Shown here piece by piece: positions 13,345-31,300 of a DNA stretch of 64,000 bases. A program made the translations under genes and the position numbers. The notes beneath the pieces were generated by a model. The model did not search any database. It worked only from the letters and a program-made list of their open reading frames with translations, and was not told the origin of the DNA. Source of the stretch: Octopus sinensis (taxonomy: Eukaryota); the NCBI RefSeq assembly GCF_006345805.1, contig NC_042998.1, forward strand, positions 102,858,001 through 102,922,000, written 5' to 3'. Each line of letters opens with the position of its first letter. Position 1 is the stretch's first letter.

Positions 13345-15880
13345 AGTATAAATTAGTATAAATTTGGGAATTAAGTATCTCTTCGACCCTGATATTGAAT
13401 TTCAAATTGGGAGCATCGGGGACAAAGAGGTGAATGATTTCGTGAGAAAAGCTAGAGCAAAAAGTGCCCTAGGAGATGATGGTGTCATGTATAAAGTTTA
13501 CAAATATTGCAATCGTCTGCGAAAAAAGTTTTTTGTTCTACTCCAACAGCTGTGGCGCGAAGAGACTCTAGTGAAGGATTAGTGTAAGGCAGAAGGCATA
13601 TACCTGCCGAAAGAGGGCAATGCAGAGACTGTAAAATAGTTTAGACCGATATCCTTATTGACTGTGGAAGGCAAGATCTTTATGGGAATTATTTCGAGAA
13701 CAGTGGCAAATTCACAGAGGAATGGATATGTTGATGAATTTGTTCAAAAGGCCGTAATTCCTGGGATTCCTAGATGCGTTGAACACTGTTTTTCAGTTTG
13801 GAAAGCGATCCAGGATGCCAAATACAACAAGAGAAATCAGAACGCGGTATGACTTGATCTAGCTAAGGAATATGGTTTACTGCCATGGACCACGTCTACA
13901 TTCCAGACAAAGCAACCAAAATAATGGTTTACAGTTGGAAATTTTACAACAGACTGGCACCGATTGAAGATGATTTTGAAACCCGCGGAATTTTCGAAAT
14001 GAATCGCCCACGTACAATCGCCCAAAAAAGCCTTCATGGATGACGTGATACTTCTATTTACATATAAGCAAATCATGCAGAGTGCCCTCTTGGGACTAGA
14101 TGAGCTTATGAGGTTGTCATGGGTGCGGTTTAGAGCAAAAATGTCGCGTAGGTTGCCATTGTTTAAGGTAGTGCAGAAAGAACTTAAGTTTCGAATAGCT
14201 GAAGAAAGCATTGCAACAGTCAAATAACCCATCAAATGCCTGGGGCGAATATATACTGGAACATCGTCAGATAGGAGTAGCGGAATGAAAATTATGGGAC
14301 AAGTCGAGGTTAGATTATCAGCGATTGATAACTCAAAGTTACCAGGTAAATATATGATTTGGTGCTTACAGTTCGGCTTATATCCGCGACTTTCGTGGCC
14401 AATTTTAACATACGAGGTAGCATTGTCACGAGTTCAGATCAGTGAACAAAAATGTAATGTTTTCATAAGAAGGTGGCTAGGCCTACTTCGGATGTTGAAC
14501 AGTTTAGCTCTTTATCGTAAAAGAGACTCGTTGCAGTTACCACTGACGTCAATAGTCGAAATATATAAACTTGGGAAGGTACGAAGGGTGACGATGCTGA
14601 GTGATTCGAAGGATATGGCAATCAGGCGTAATCTACCAGAGGTGCTAGAAGCCAGGAAGTAGAATGTAGAAGCAGAGACTGATGACATCTTGCCTTTTCT
14701 TACACACCGACATATGGTGGATGGAACGCAAAATCATCGGAAGAGACTTGGTTTTTGCGTAGATCAGTTCAGACTGTTTGCAAGTATGATATGGAGCGTA
14801 CGCAGATTTGTTCTTAGCAACAGCGTCAAAACGAAGGAAGCAGGGAGAAAAATGAAGGAAGCAGAGAGAAAAAGTAAGGAAGCAGAGAGAAAAGAACTTC
14901 ATTTGATCCAATGTATTCAACAAGGACAGATGATGAGATGAGAGGAACGCGTTTTTGAGAGGAAAATAAGTTTGGATGAGATATGGAGGTGGACCACATC
15001 TTGGCTAGGTTTTCTGACTCGTTCATCCTATGATGTTTTGCCATCACTTACAAATCTAGCAAGATAGAATGTACGTCTCAGCGAATGATATATGCAAATG
15101 CAGAAAGATCGGGGCACTGAAACTTATTCTTTCCATCTGTTCATTAGCTTTGAACAGGTACACATGTAGACAATCTGGTTCTTAAAGTTATTTTCAATGC
15201 TGTGAAGAACCAAATTGATCTCAACAACAGTGAAAAAAAAACGTTGAAAGTACCAACTGGAGATTTCATAACCTTCGTGCGTTCAGGACAGCGGATCCGT
15301 TTCAAGAATAACAAGAAACTTCCTGTGGGCGATCGAAAGTAGAACGGCTATTAGGAGCCGATTTCAGATTTGCTTTTTCCCATCCAAGTTACGAAATAGA
15401 CGGAAGTTTTAATGTGGTGTGAAGGAAAGAAAATTGTGAATTTAGTCGAGTTAACGGTTCCTCATGAAGATAACATGGACGCGCTCGGGCTCGAACGACT
15501 GACCGTTATGTAAACCTCCTCGAGTATGGATGCAGGCTGGAAAGCAGAGCATTTTCCAATCGAAGTCGGATGTAGAGGGTTTGCTGGACACGGTGTGAGA
15601 TGACTGTTGTTATCGTTACGCCTAACTCATCGCAAAGTTAATAACATCATGACCGATATCCAAACTACAGTGGGAAAGGCTGGCCAATGGATTTGGTTAC
15701 AAAGAGACGATGAGCGAAACGTAGAAGAATATTGAGCTACATTTAATAACCAGTTGATCTAGCAAGCGGGGCCTCATATCAGTGAGGGGGCCGCTGCGCA
15801 TTGATGTCGTCGAGAGGTAGGCCCCATAACGGAGTGCATTCTCTTTGGAAGAACCCTTACACTTACTGGCTTCCGGTATG
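13345..15880 (+). mobile_element. Decayed HERO-like non-LTR retrotransposon (RT + zinc knuckle + restriction-like endonuclease), 5'-truncated
   Basis: Fragments GDDGVMYKVYKYC, FRPISLLTVEGKIFMGI, KAFMDDVILL, YPRLSWPILTYEV, C-K-C..LKLILSIC, LVELTVPHED, FPIEVGCRGF; many stops and frameshifts. The 3' UTR is shared with 31875-32157. Confidence 0.88.
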
Positions 15881-16083
15881 CGGAGTTCTCAACTGGTAGC
15901 ACTTACATGTACAAGTAGTTTGCAAAACATAAAAAACGCAGGAGCTGAATTCAATTTCTCCTATTAAATATGTGGTTACCAAGCTTTAAGAAACAAATAT
16001 CTTAAAGCACGTTTATTTTATATGTACATAAGAAGTATTGCATGCATAGTGAATAAATCTATACTTTCTGACACATTTCCACG

Positions 16084-16350
<267 letters not shown>

Positions 16351-16735
16351 GATATATACAGCGGTAAGTAAAGAGAAACAATAGTGACGCACAACGTGAA
16401 AGGTAACCTTTACTAATTTGGGATTTGATAAAGAAACAGCTAATGTCGTTGCTGCATCTCATTATCACAAATATCGTTTCCTTCCTGCATATAACATAAG
16501 TGATTTATGTTTAAGAAAAAGAAGTACACCTCTTTGAAGTCAGTAGCGATAATACGATTTAGGCACGGGCATCATTGTCTTGGTAAAGCATTGCTTTCGG
16601 AGTTACACTTTGCTAACTCATTGCGACAAGAAACGACATTATTTAAACATCACTGCAACTGTTCCTACTCTGCTGCGTATGTGCGAGTGTATGTGTGCAT
16701 TATATTACCCTATGTGACTAAACTTTACTTCTTCC

Positions 16736-16855
16736 GATTAAAAGTAATAAATAGTTGAATATAATTTGGCCGTGTAAAAACTTTTACAAATCTCTCCTCT
16801 GGGCATAACTGTATCACACCAAAATAGGGATTTTTTTAAATGCCCAACAGCATAA
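16736..16855 (+). repeat. ~120-bp interspersed repeat; second copy at 20785-20904
   Basis: AAAAGTAATAAATAG.TGAATATAATTTGG.CGTGTAAA...TTTTACAAATCTCTCCTCTGGGCATAACTGTA is shared by both sites. Confidence 0.85.
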
Positions 16856-16941
16856 TCTTCACACGATTATTACCTGTGTCCTTTTCTAACACAAAGGCTT
16901 GCCTTTCAACCGTTAAGCATTATTAGATGTATAAATTTATA

Positions 16942-18194
16942 TCTATAAATCAGTCCTCGGACGAAAATTGCATGCACATTTTGCTTTGACGGTTAATGGC
17001 GGCTAAGCCGAGGCTAGGATCGAGCTGAAAGTTGGCAGGGATACTAAATGCGTAATGAGAATGAGACCCGCGATGTTTAAAATTCGCAAACTATAAAGAT
17101 GTCGTTGCTATGGGAAAAAGAGTGATTTTTTTATCGATTCAAGGGGTCCCTCTCGGTTTGTGCGATTGGCTAGTAATATCCAGCGGCATGCACTGCAGGC
17201 TGGTGTGCTTAATAGACGTGCATTTTGTTGCGAAATTCCGACTACTAGGAAACGATTTTTCATTGTGAAAAAACCGAGTGCTTTTTGCCCTCATTTTCTT
17301 TTAAATCTTTTCCATAAATCAACCATCGTCAAGATTTTCTACCATGACCTCAAATTTTCTATGTATGTGTGTGTACCTTAAAAGACGCGATTAGACAGAG
17401 GTCCAATAGAATTGAATGGACCGGCCGCTGGTCAAGATGTTCTTATAACTCAAATGTCCTCACTCCCTCTGATACGATCTACATGTTTAAGCGGCTTCAA
17501 TTTCCTATCAAACTCTCCTTTGTAATGACAATAAATATGGCAGAGGGTCAATCATTGCAAATTGTTGGTTTAAATCTCACAGGGCAAGTGTTCTCCCACG
17601 GGCAACTTTACCTTGGATGCTCCAGTGTTGGCAGGACACAAAGTCTATACATTTGTGCATCAGAAAGGAAAACGAGAAAAGTTGCATGCAAAGAAGAGTA
17701 CCGCTGAAAAGACGGCATTTCTTCACATCTTTCAAATCACCCCAGTCGCCGTGCAAGCCAACGTAACTCAATGACACACACCTTCACTCACTAACTGAAT
17801 CTCTCTTTCTCACCCTTTTTCTCTCTCACATACACACGCAGAAGCACGCACGCACGCACACACATACACACACACACGTCCATTTCACACAATCACGTCC
17901 ATTTCACATACCTTCTTTCAATTTCTGCCTTCTGCAAATAAATTTTTATGGATACAACTGCTTACAAAAATAGGGATTAATGTATGATTTCTTTATATGT
18001 TCATAATTAAATAAATGTTTTAATGATTAGACAGAAGTCCAATACAATAGCTCACAAAAACAGACTACGTACAACTCCTGAAGCTATTTTCTGACAGATA
18101 AGGTTGAGAAACGCTGTTATAGATTATACCTAACCGAAAACGATCACACCCACATCATCCAAACAGAGCGAGTGAAACCGGGCTTAACTGCTAG
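16942..18194 (+). mobile_element. Internally deleted Helitron retaining a helicase C-terminal fragment
   Basis: Putative 5' A|TCTATAAAT at 16942; 3' CGAGTGAAACCGGG...CTAG|T at 18191-18195; encloses the PIF1-like fragment. Confidence 0.65.
17470..17707 (+). pseudogene. Helitron RepHel PIF1-family helicase C-terminal fragment
   Basis: FKRLQFPIKLSFVMTINMAEGQSLQIVGLNLTGQVFSHGQLYLGCSSV matches the PIF1/Helitron motifs QFP..LAFAMTINKSQGQS and VFSHGQLYVA.SRV, with catalytic-motif substitutions. Confidence 0.9.
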
Positions 18195-18513
18195 TTATTA
18201 TTATACATCCAAATATAAAATGCGCTTCCTCGGGTGATTGTTTAAATAAGTGCTTCGTTATATCCTCTCGCCATCTCACTCTGTGGGAAAATGCATAGAT
18301 AAAATGATGTGTCATTTTTAGTAGTTTACAGATATAGTGACAAACAAAAAAATCAAAATATACAAAGCATAAATATAGAAGCAGATAAAACATAGGGAAA
18401 ATTTCAGTTTGTCTATAAATTATCATTCTATCTTAAGCATCAGCATAATAAAATGAAGAATGAAATGGAGAATAAAGTGAAGTATTTAGAGATAAGGTGA
18501 CGAAGATGCTACT

Positions 18514-18742
18514 TTAACCCTTTAGCATTCAGATTACTCTGTCAAATGTAAAGCCTGTTTAATTACATTGTTTTAAATCAATTGTACAGCATCTTGAAAC
18601 TCTGAGATTTTGATGAAGTCCCTGTTTATTTTTAGAATGACTTTGTAGGGTAGGTGTGAGAGGTCCGAGCTGGCTGCTTTGAGCATAAAACAGCAAGACA
18701 ATTTTGGCCTGATATTCCCGGTTTAAATACTTAAAATGTTAA
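18514..18742. mobile_element. piggyBac-type MITE (TTAA-flanked), right end degenerate
   Basis: Left TTAA|CCCTTTAGCATTCAG; right GTTTAAATACTTAAAATG|TTAA is a decayed complement. Confidence 0.6.
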
Positions 18743-19170
18743 ACAAATAATGACATTCATTGCATATTCTATCATTTATATGATTATATGAACACTACAC
18801 ATACTATGTGTTACATAGCAGGAACACTATCACTGTATGATGACATCATGTAGCCAATGAATGTTCACGAGATTTGCATAGCATTCTACAAGGCTTTTGC
18901 CACTATATAAAATTGATATTGTGCAAAAGTATCGTAGGTCCAAAACGTTTGGGTTTTTTTTTCAGAAAAGAAAATAATAGTTTCACCATTCCATCGCAAA
19001 CCTGTTGTACTACACTTTGACAATTTTCATATCTTGGTACCTGAAGCAGCTGGAGATACAATAGTTGACCAAAAGAACCGGCTATTACAAGCCAAAATAA
19101 AATTTAAAAAAAACGCACTTTGCCAAATTTGGACATACGACGGTTTAACATAATACCAACGACATGTATA

Positions 19171-19220
<50 letters not shown>

Positions 19221-19231
19221 ATATATATATA

Positions 19232-20080
19232 TTATAGAGGGTACTATTATTCATAGGTACCGCACGCTAGGAGGGACTTTTGCAGTCAAAACTACTAAAA
19301 TAAACAAATTGTACCGAATGCAAAACTTCAAAGCAAGTCATTTAGAAACAGAATGTAGTTACATATCACCTGTGATTTCGCAATCAATGCAGAATATGCA
19401 TTTTATGCTCTCAGTGCAACGAACTCAAGACATATAAGAAAAAACACATTACAAACCCGACAGCCAACCGTAGAATTCGCCGCAGCATGTACGAATGTTT
19501 ATCTTTACATATCTATGAAAATGGCGGTCTTTTTCGCAATGCATTTCGGTAACAACTTGCCTACTCGGAACAAAAATTCAGTATTGAACTATTCCGGTGA
19601 AAAATATAAATTTAAAATTAAGGATAAAATCTTTATAAGAAATTATCAGTAGTTAGCGTGAAAAACCTCGTAAGAGAAAAAAATCTGTAAACTTTTCCAC
19701 TTTGAAAATATTTATTTATATTATATAGAGGGTACTATTATTCATAGGTACCGCACGCTAGGAGGGCCTCTTGCAGTCAAAACTACTAAAATAAACAAAT
19801 TGTACCGAATGCAAAACTTCAAAGCAAGTAATTTAGAAACAGAATTTAGTTACATACCACCTGTGATTTCGCAATCAATGCAGAATATGCATTTTATGCT
19901 CTTCAGTGCAACGAACTCAGGACATATAAGAAAAAACACAACATTATGAATAATAGTACCCTCTATATAATATAAATAAATATTTTCAAAGTGGAAAAAT
20001 TTACAGATTTTTTCTCTTACGAGGTTTTTCACGCTAACTACTGATAATTTCTTATAAAGATTTTATCCTTAATTTTAAAT
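19232..20080. repeat. Direct duplication (~215 bp, period ~490) combined with a near-perfect ~137-bp inverted repeat
   Basis: 19232-19448 recurs at 19722-19940; 19610-19746 is the reverse complement of 19945-20080 with about 2 differences. (TA)n on both flanks. Confidence 0.93.
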
Positions 20081-20104
20081 ATATATATACATATATATAT
20101 ATAT

Positions 20105-20135
<31 letters not shown>

Positions 20136-20137
20136 GT

Positions 20138-20406
20138 ATGTATATAATTTCGAGAAGGAAACCTCTATTAAATAATTCAAAAATAAAAGATGTTATTCAC
20201 ACCATATAGAAAGCAAGCATATACTATAAAAACCTTATTATAAACATAAATAAAGTACAATAACTATTAAATAGTAGTATTTACTATTTATTGTACTTTA
20301 TTGATTTTTAGAATAAGGTTTTTACAGTATATATTTTCTATATGGTGTGAATAACATCTTTCATTTTTGAATTATTTAATAGTTTTTTTCTCAAAATTAT
20401 ATACAT
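20138..20406. mobile_element. Foldback/MITE-like palindrome, ~135-bp arms
   Basis: ATAATTCAAAAATAAAAGATGTTATTCACACCATATAGAAA pairs with TTTCTATATGGTGTGAATAACATCTTTCATTTTTGAATTAT; centre near 20277; TA-rich flanks. Confidence 0.88.
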
Positions 20407-20481
20407 ATATCATATATTGTGAAATTTGATTTAAAGTGGTTAAATTGAATCTTTCCCTGTAAGTTTTGGAATTACATTCCC

Positions 20482-20557
<76 letters not shown>

Positions 20558-21671
20558 GTAGAAATATGTTACAAAAAGAAAATATAAAATACAAATATAA
20601 AATATAAAATATAATATATATATATATATATATATACATATATATACATAGAGAATGAAGCAGAGGTGACTGAATTTTACTTCCGATTTTCTTTCATTAA
20701 GATTATTTATCGAAAAATTTTGCTTTAAATTTATGTACATGAAGAAAAGAAACTGAAAACATCCGAAATCCTTTTGATCTGCATGATAAAAGTAATAAAT
20801 AGGTGAATATAATTTGGTCGTGTAAACGCTTTTACAAATCTCTCCTCTGGGCATAACTGTAACACAACAAAATAATGACTTTTTTAAAATACCCAATAGC
20901 ATAAGGATATTATAAGAATATGTTAATGTCGCGAATAATACTAGCATTGAGGAGAAATATCATCTCCTATGAATCCAATAGGCCACTGTCTCCAAAATGC
21001 CGAATGCACTCAACAGAGAGATATCTTTCGTGGTACCTTGGGGGAAATTTACGAGACTATGATTTTCTTTGGTGGAAAGATTTTCACGGCGTAGTAAATA
21101 ACTCACTTCATAGTTGTGACCCTTAAAAACTCTTGTTCTATTCACTGTCGATGATCCTGAAATACTCTCAACGCTGAATTTGTGACATCTTGTAACTCCA
21201 TCCCACGATTTATCTAGGGACTACAGAACCAAGAAAACTTCTCATAAATTTTAACTAAGCATAATTTGGACCACGCTTTCTGCTATTCACTTGCACCTAA
21301 ATATTATAACATACATTGTCAGAGCCTGTTAAGACGAAAATTGAAGCATTATATTGCTACGATGAACAGAACTTTGGGTTAACACATTTATACTAGTAAC
21401 GAAGTAATACCATTTACATAAATTGTGCTGAAATTTTATTTTGAACCGAATTTTTAATTAAGATAAAAATATATGACAATTAAGCTGTCTACTATTAAGC
21501 AGATGCTTTGCCAGTTACAACACGGAACACTGCGTATCAAGCTAGCGAACAAACGGTAATGAATGTCTGGTTTGTCATACTTCAACAATTCAATCCTATA
21601 TAACGTTGCTAATGCAAATACTTAGACTTGAGTATCAATATTTAGTTCTCTTCTGTCATAACTCTCAATTA

Positions 21672-21687
21672 ATCTATCTATCTATCC

Positions 21688-21735
<48 letters not shown>

Positions 21736-21736
21736 C

Positions 21737-21786
<50 letters not shown>

Positions 21787-21790
21787 CATC
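21672..21790. repeat. (TCTA)n microsatellite
   Basis: Directly visible. Confidence 0.96.
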
Positions 21791-22331
21791 TGTTTGTCTG
21801 TAACATGTCTATGTATGTAGGTATATAGTTCCAAATGAAGCCGCCATCGTTTATGTCCAAAGCTGTGCTCGTCTTCAATCGTGTGGAAAATACGTTTTAG
21901 GTAAAACCACAAGAGCAGATCAGCTGTTGGTGTGAATATTGGTGAGAATTAGGCACATAAAAAAATTAAATTAAATCAGGGTTAAATAACCATATGACGT
22001 TCTTTGTGGAAACTGACACGGGAAGTTACAATCATATGACTCCCATGGGAAAATGAATTGATGCTTGAAAATTTAATTGACGTACGCTATATTTATGTGT
22101 GTGTATGTGTTTGTGTGTGTGTGTGTGTGTTTGCATGCGTGCCTCTGCGTGTGTTATTCATCGTTTATAATCTATTTACTTATAATCAGTCGGTTTCTTA
22201 TGTTTATCTACATATACTCAGTACAACATTCAAAACTGGGTTGCTACTACAATACTCGAACGGTCATTCACATTGTAACCTAAATACTAAATATTTGCCA
22301 TTCAATCTAATTTATAAACTGCCCTGGACAG

Positions 22332-22389
<58 letters not shown>

Positions 22390-22984
22390 TATGTATGTAT
22401 GTGTGTGTGTGTTCGTGTGTGTGTGTATGTGTGTGTGTGTGTGTGTGTGTAGACACACGCACAACTATTTACACACGCGCAAGAACAAAACATGTATGTG
22501 TGTATTTATGTGTTTGAATTTACTACACTTTATTGTTATATATCTTCTTGAAGATCATGCGCCTCGCGTGTGGAACATTTAAAGAAATATCTTAAATAAC
22601 CTTATATTTCGATGAAATAAGATTCTGATTCGTGTCTCGTTACACCACTACAGATAGGTTTCAGACGCCACCGGCTGAGACTAGATATTAGGTATATTTA
22701 TAACTGAATTTGTTTTTGTCATTGACGCTCAAAAAACATCAACCATCTAAGATACTTCGGAGTAGTGTTCAAGCAAAATTTTAATTTTGGCCCTCAAAGG
22801 AGCTCAAAGTACTAAATTAACTTGAATGTTGTCACTTTACCTACTAAAACAAGGGCTCACATTCCCTTTACATTGCACTGTTTATGAATATTGATCACAC
22901 CGAATATACATATCAAGATGACTAGATTGCCATTGATTACACATTTGCTTAATCGAAGTTAATGTTCGTATATACAACCTGGAA

Positions 22985-23193
22985 GGCAGCGATCTGGCAG
23001 AATCGTTACCACGGCGAGCAAAATGCTTAACGGCATTTCGTCTTTACATTCTCAGTTGAAATTCCGCCGAGGTTGATTTTGCCTTTCGTTCTTTTAGAAT
23101 CGATAAAATAAGTACAGGTGAGCACTAGGATCAATGTCATCGACTTATCCCCTTTCCAGATATTGCCGGCCTTGTCTCAAAATTTGTAACCAA
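22985..23193 (+). mobile_element. SINE family A, diverged monomer
   Basis: GGCAGCGATCTGGCAGAATCGTTA head; AAATTCCGCCGAGGTTGATTTTGCCTTTC core. Confidence 0.82.
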
Positions 23194-24184
23194 TATAAAC
23201 AACATCTACAGTACTTCTTTAAAGTAAGTATCTTTATTTTCCTCTTAAGGTTTTCGTTCATTTCAAACCTTGCATATAATTCGACTTTTCGTTGAATTCT
23301 GACTGTACTCACAGCAGCACAATTAATGCCATGTAGTCGTCAATATTTGATAAATGGGTTGGAAATCCAACATTCAATGCTCGTTGTCATATAATGCAGA
23401 TGTTTCCGGGTAGTTTTATGTTTGCGCCGATTGCTTGTGTCGTAACTTTTACTGTATCGGTTATAAGAAGCTATAATTTTCATACTTATATGGTTTTGTT
23501 TGCTCTCCCAGCGTATATGAACAGGATTGATTGAATCTTAATATCAATTCTTGTTTACTGCCATCAGTCCAAATATAAACTCTCATTCTGCTACATCCTA
23601 GCAACATGTCTATTGTATTTGTATTGTATTTTCTGTTGATAAAGTGTCAATACTAACTTAACATTCAACTACACGGTGCTATCAGGTTTAAGATTGTTCC
23701 TGCTACATATTTCAAATAATTGTATTCTACTTAATTCAATCACTGTCGAAAATATTCAGTAGGAATATACTAAATATCCTGGACTTACATGCTTCTCTTT
23801 CACAAATACATTGTGTATATAACTTTATATCGGATATCAGTCACAATATTTAAGTTCCACTTAAAAGAAAAGAATTATGCTATTCATATTTCGCCTATTC
23901 CTTTGAAAAGTCTTCTTTCATTGCACACATTTTACCTTAAAATCTAACTACAATGATTTTAAAATTTATGAATGAAGTTATTCACTCCATTTCTGTTAGG
24001 CTTAATATAAATCCAGAATTTGACTTATAGATGATGTAACAAAATTTCTCAAACAATGTCATCGAATACTTAAGATTCAGAAATGAGAGAAAATACCTCC
24101 TTACAAACAATAACATTGTATATACCTGGTAAATGTAGATTTTATTCTGCATTTTAGATAGTTTCTGAAGTTTGTTTTTATCTA

Positions 24185-24218
<34 letters not shown>

Positions 24219-24227
24219 ATAATAATA

Positions 24228-24356
<129 letters not shown>

Positions 24357-24583
24357 GTGCAAAAGATTGTCTTAACTGGTACATCACACGTATTGAGAAG
24401 AGCATTGTCGATGTGAGAACTGTTGCTGCTCATGCATTTTAATTTAACTTTAAAAAAAAAAAAAATTAACGAACTACTGAGTTTGGTTTAATGGCCTACC
24501 AATATACACTATGAGTTTCTTGCCCTAGGAGTCGGGAAGACACTCGGCAAGAAATGGAAGAAAATTTGAAAGAAGAAAAAAAA

Positions 24584-24584
<1 letters not shown>
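24357..24584 (+). mobile_element. Extreme 3' fragment of an R4/Dong-like LINE (TAA family 2)
   Basis: 24357-24416 translates to VQKIVLTGTSHVLRRALSM*, paralogous to the IQKIVLMGTAHILRKILSM* C-terminus at 27386, but followed by a different 3' UTR. (TAA)n on both sides. Confidence 0.85.
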
Positions 24585-28236
<3,652 letters not shown>

Positions 28237-28244
28237 TAATAATA

Positions 28245-28304
<60 letters not shown>

Positions 28305-28323
28305 TAATAATATCAATAATAAT

Positions 28324-28500
28324 ATTTTCTATTATAGGCGCAAGGCCTAAGATTCTAGAGGAGCAGTCGATTACATAGACCCTACTGCGTAACTGGTACT
28401 TAATTTATCGACCCCTTATAGATGAAAGGCAAAGTCGATCCCGGCGGAATTTGAAGACAGACGAAATAGAGCTAAGCATTCGCCCGGCGTGCTAACGATT
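28324..28500 (-). mobile_element. SINE family A monomer
   Basis: Tail 2, core GATGAAAGGCAAAGTCGA and head GCTAAGCATTCGCCCGGCGTGCTAACG. Confidence 0.85.
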
Positions 28501-28885
28501 CTTTTCTACTCTAGGCACAAAGCCTGAAATCTTGGGAGAGGGCGCCAGTCGATTAGATCAACCCAAGTACGCAACTGGTACTTAATTTATCGACCCTGAA
28601 ATAATGAAAGCAAAGTTGACCTTAGTGGAATTTGAACTCAGAACGCAAAGACAGATGGAATACCTACTTCTTTACTACCCAGAAGGGGCTAAACACAGAG
28701 AGGAAAACAAGGACAGACAAACGTATTAAGTCGATTATATCGACGCAGTGCGTAACTGGTCCGAATTTAATCGACCCCGAAAGGATGAAAGGCAAAGTCG
28801 ACCTTGGCAGAATTTGAACTCAGAACGTAGCGGCAGACGAAATACCGGTAAGCATTTCACCCGGGGTACTAACGTTTCTGCCACC
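28501..28885 (-). mobile_element. SINE family A dimer (head-core-tail1-core-tail2)
   Basis: Two cores (~28590 and ~28773) separated by the TTTACTACCCAGAAGGGGCTAAACACAGAG module, under one head. Confidence 0.88.
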
Positions 28886-31099
28886 AATCTGCTGTCACCT
28901 GCTGTAGACGGCTGTCAAAACACGAGCAAAGAAATCATGCATGTGGAAATAGAGCTCATAGGGCCGACCAAGCAGTCCTGGTGTCTTGTACCCCGAGTAG
29001 AGGCTCAGCAATTCTGCCATTTTCTCAACCGAAATCAGTTTCTCTCAGCAAAAGTGCTGCTGAATAACTTTGCTCATCTTTGCTTTCCATAAATAAGTTC
29101 TTAGCGTGAGAGTGCATAATACTAATATATTCGCACAGCATATATTTTAAAAGGAAAACCTTGATTAAAATTTCCTTTCTAAAGTGAAATAAAAGTATCA
29201 TATTATTCAAATGTGTATTTCACTTACATGCAAGCTATATATTTCCTTCGCAGAATATCTACCCTCTGCTTAAATTATGCTTATCAGAAATGATCACGAT
29301 TCATTTTCTTTCAGTAATTTTATCACTGCAGTACACTCTATGCACTTCTCCAGCTACTTCTAGGACAAAAGAAAATTCAATCAATTTATGTAATATATCA
29401 TATATCATATCTTAATATATCGTTCCAGTATCTTATGAAATTAATTGGTGACGCAGTGTTGCAGCAGAAAAATATTGTTGGTGTGTTATTCTGATTCCAT
29501 CAGGTATTGTGCTGCCTATATCCAATACTGCGCGTGTTTTCTTAATAAAACTAGCACTGCATAAACTCACAAAAGAACAGATGTTAGACTCTGTGACGCC
29601 TTTCGTGATAGAATTCTTCAATTACTCCCGAACGTAGTGTAGTAGGATCCATATCTAATTAGAGTTCTAAGATTATATGCGTTTTATCTCGTTTATATTT
29701 AATAGTATTCTAGTAATATTCACAATATAGATAGGGATGATAGATTTTTTTTTCTAATGACACACGACACTCGTATCACTCTTTCTGTATCATTCTATTG
29801 ATCTATTAACGTACTGCTAATGCAGCGAATTAATAGATTCATGAAATGATACAGAATTGGTATATTCTATGTTTGTTAAATGTGACAAAGATTATTTTGA
29901 AATGAATTTCCGTGAAATTCAAGTTCAATTCCTCGAAATATTTAAAACGTTTCCAATATACCATGTATGGAATTGGGCATGCTATGCCTTGCAATGTAAA
30001 TATAGTGCATAATAAGTATACTCATATATACAATTTGTATGTTTGTTTAAAGCATGTCCACCTATAACTATATCTCCATCTATATCAATCAATCAATCAA
30101 TCAATGATCTATCTAGCTAATTGTATGTTAGAGCGAAATTTCCCTCTCCCTCGGTCCTCAAAGTCAAATTACCTATTATGTTCATCTGTGAGAATCCCAT
30201 TGTGTTTCAATTATAGATTCTATATTGTTTATATTCTTTTATTGGATTTTTTAATCGTAAATTACCTGTTTTGCAAGCGATTGACAGAAATCCCTTGTAG
30301 AACACACATGAAATGTTATTTCCCTAAGACTATTGCTACTTGAATGTTCTCGGTATAGAATTCAAAGTATCTTTAACTTGCTTCTAATTTCAAATGTATC
30401 GACCTCTATCTCACTATCAACTTCCAACACCTATGACTCAACTACAAAAGGGCTGTTACAGCTACGATAAGAATGAGATTTCCTATCATTGTTATAACTA
30501 GGTTTCTATATTAGTCTGCTAAAACCATTTTTGTAATTGTTAATCTGCATTTTATTTCACTATTTAATTTCACATCTAATGTTAGTTTTCTCAGGTAGTA
30601 GATTTTATTAAGTGATTTGAACGGCGCCCTTGCTTTTTTAACTGAATTCATGTTTTCCAAATATGTTGCTTTTGTTCTTGTCACTGCTCCTGCTGTGGCG
30701 GCTGCTGTGGCGGCTGCTGTGGCTAATCGATGTGACTAATGCTAATATGAACTGTACAATAAGCAGTATTTCTAAAAGTGTAACATCAGATTTGAGAATT
30801 ATTTAGCTGGTATTCCTACATGGTCTACCAAGTAATTAGAATCACTTTCAGTTAGTATTACCACACATTTAGTGATGAGAAGTATATTCTTGTGATTGAT
30901 AAATTAATTTAAATCTATTTAAATCATGGCATAAACGTCAATAGTCTTTTCCATTGTTTTGCAGCTTGTTTTTTTTTTCATCGCCGAACGTAGTCACGGT
31001 TTGATGCATGCTAGCCTCTATATATGAAAACTATGTATACATATATATCTATAACTACATATGTTCGCGCGCGCATGTATGCATACGTATCCCTCTGAT

Positions 31100-31300
<201 letters not shown>

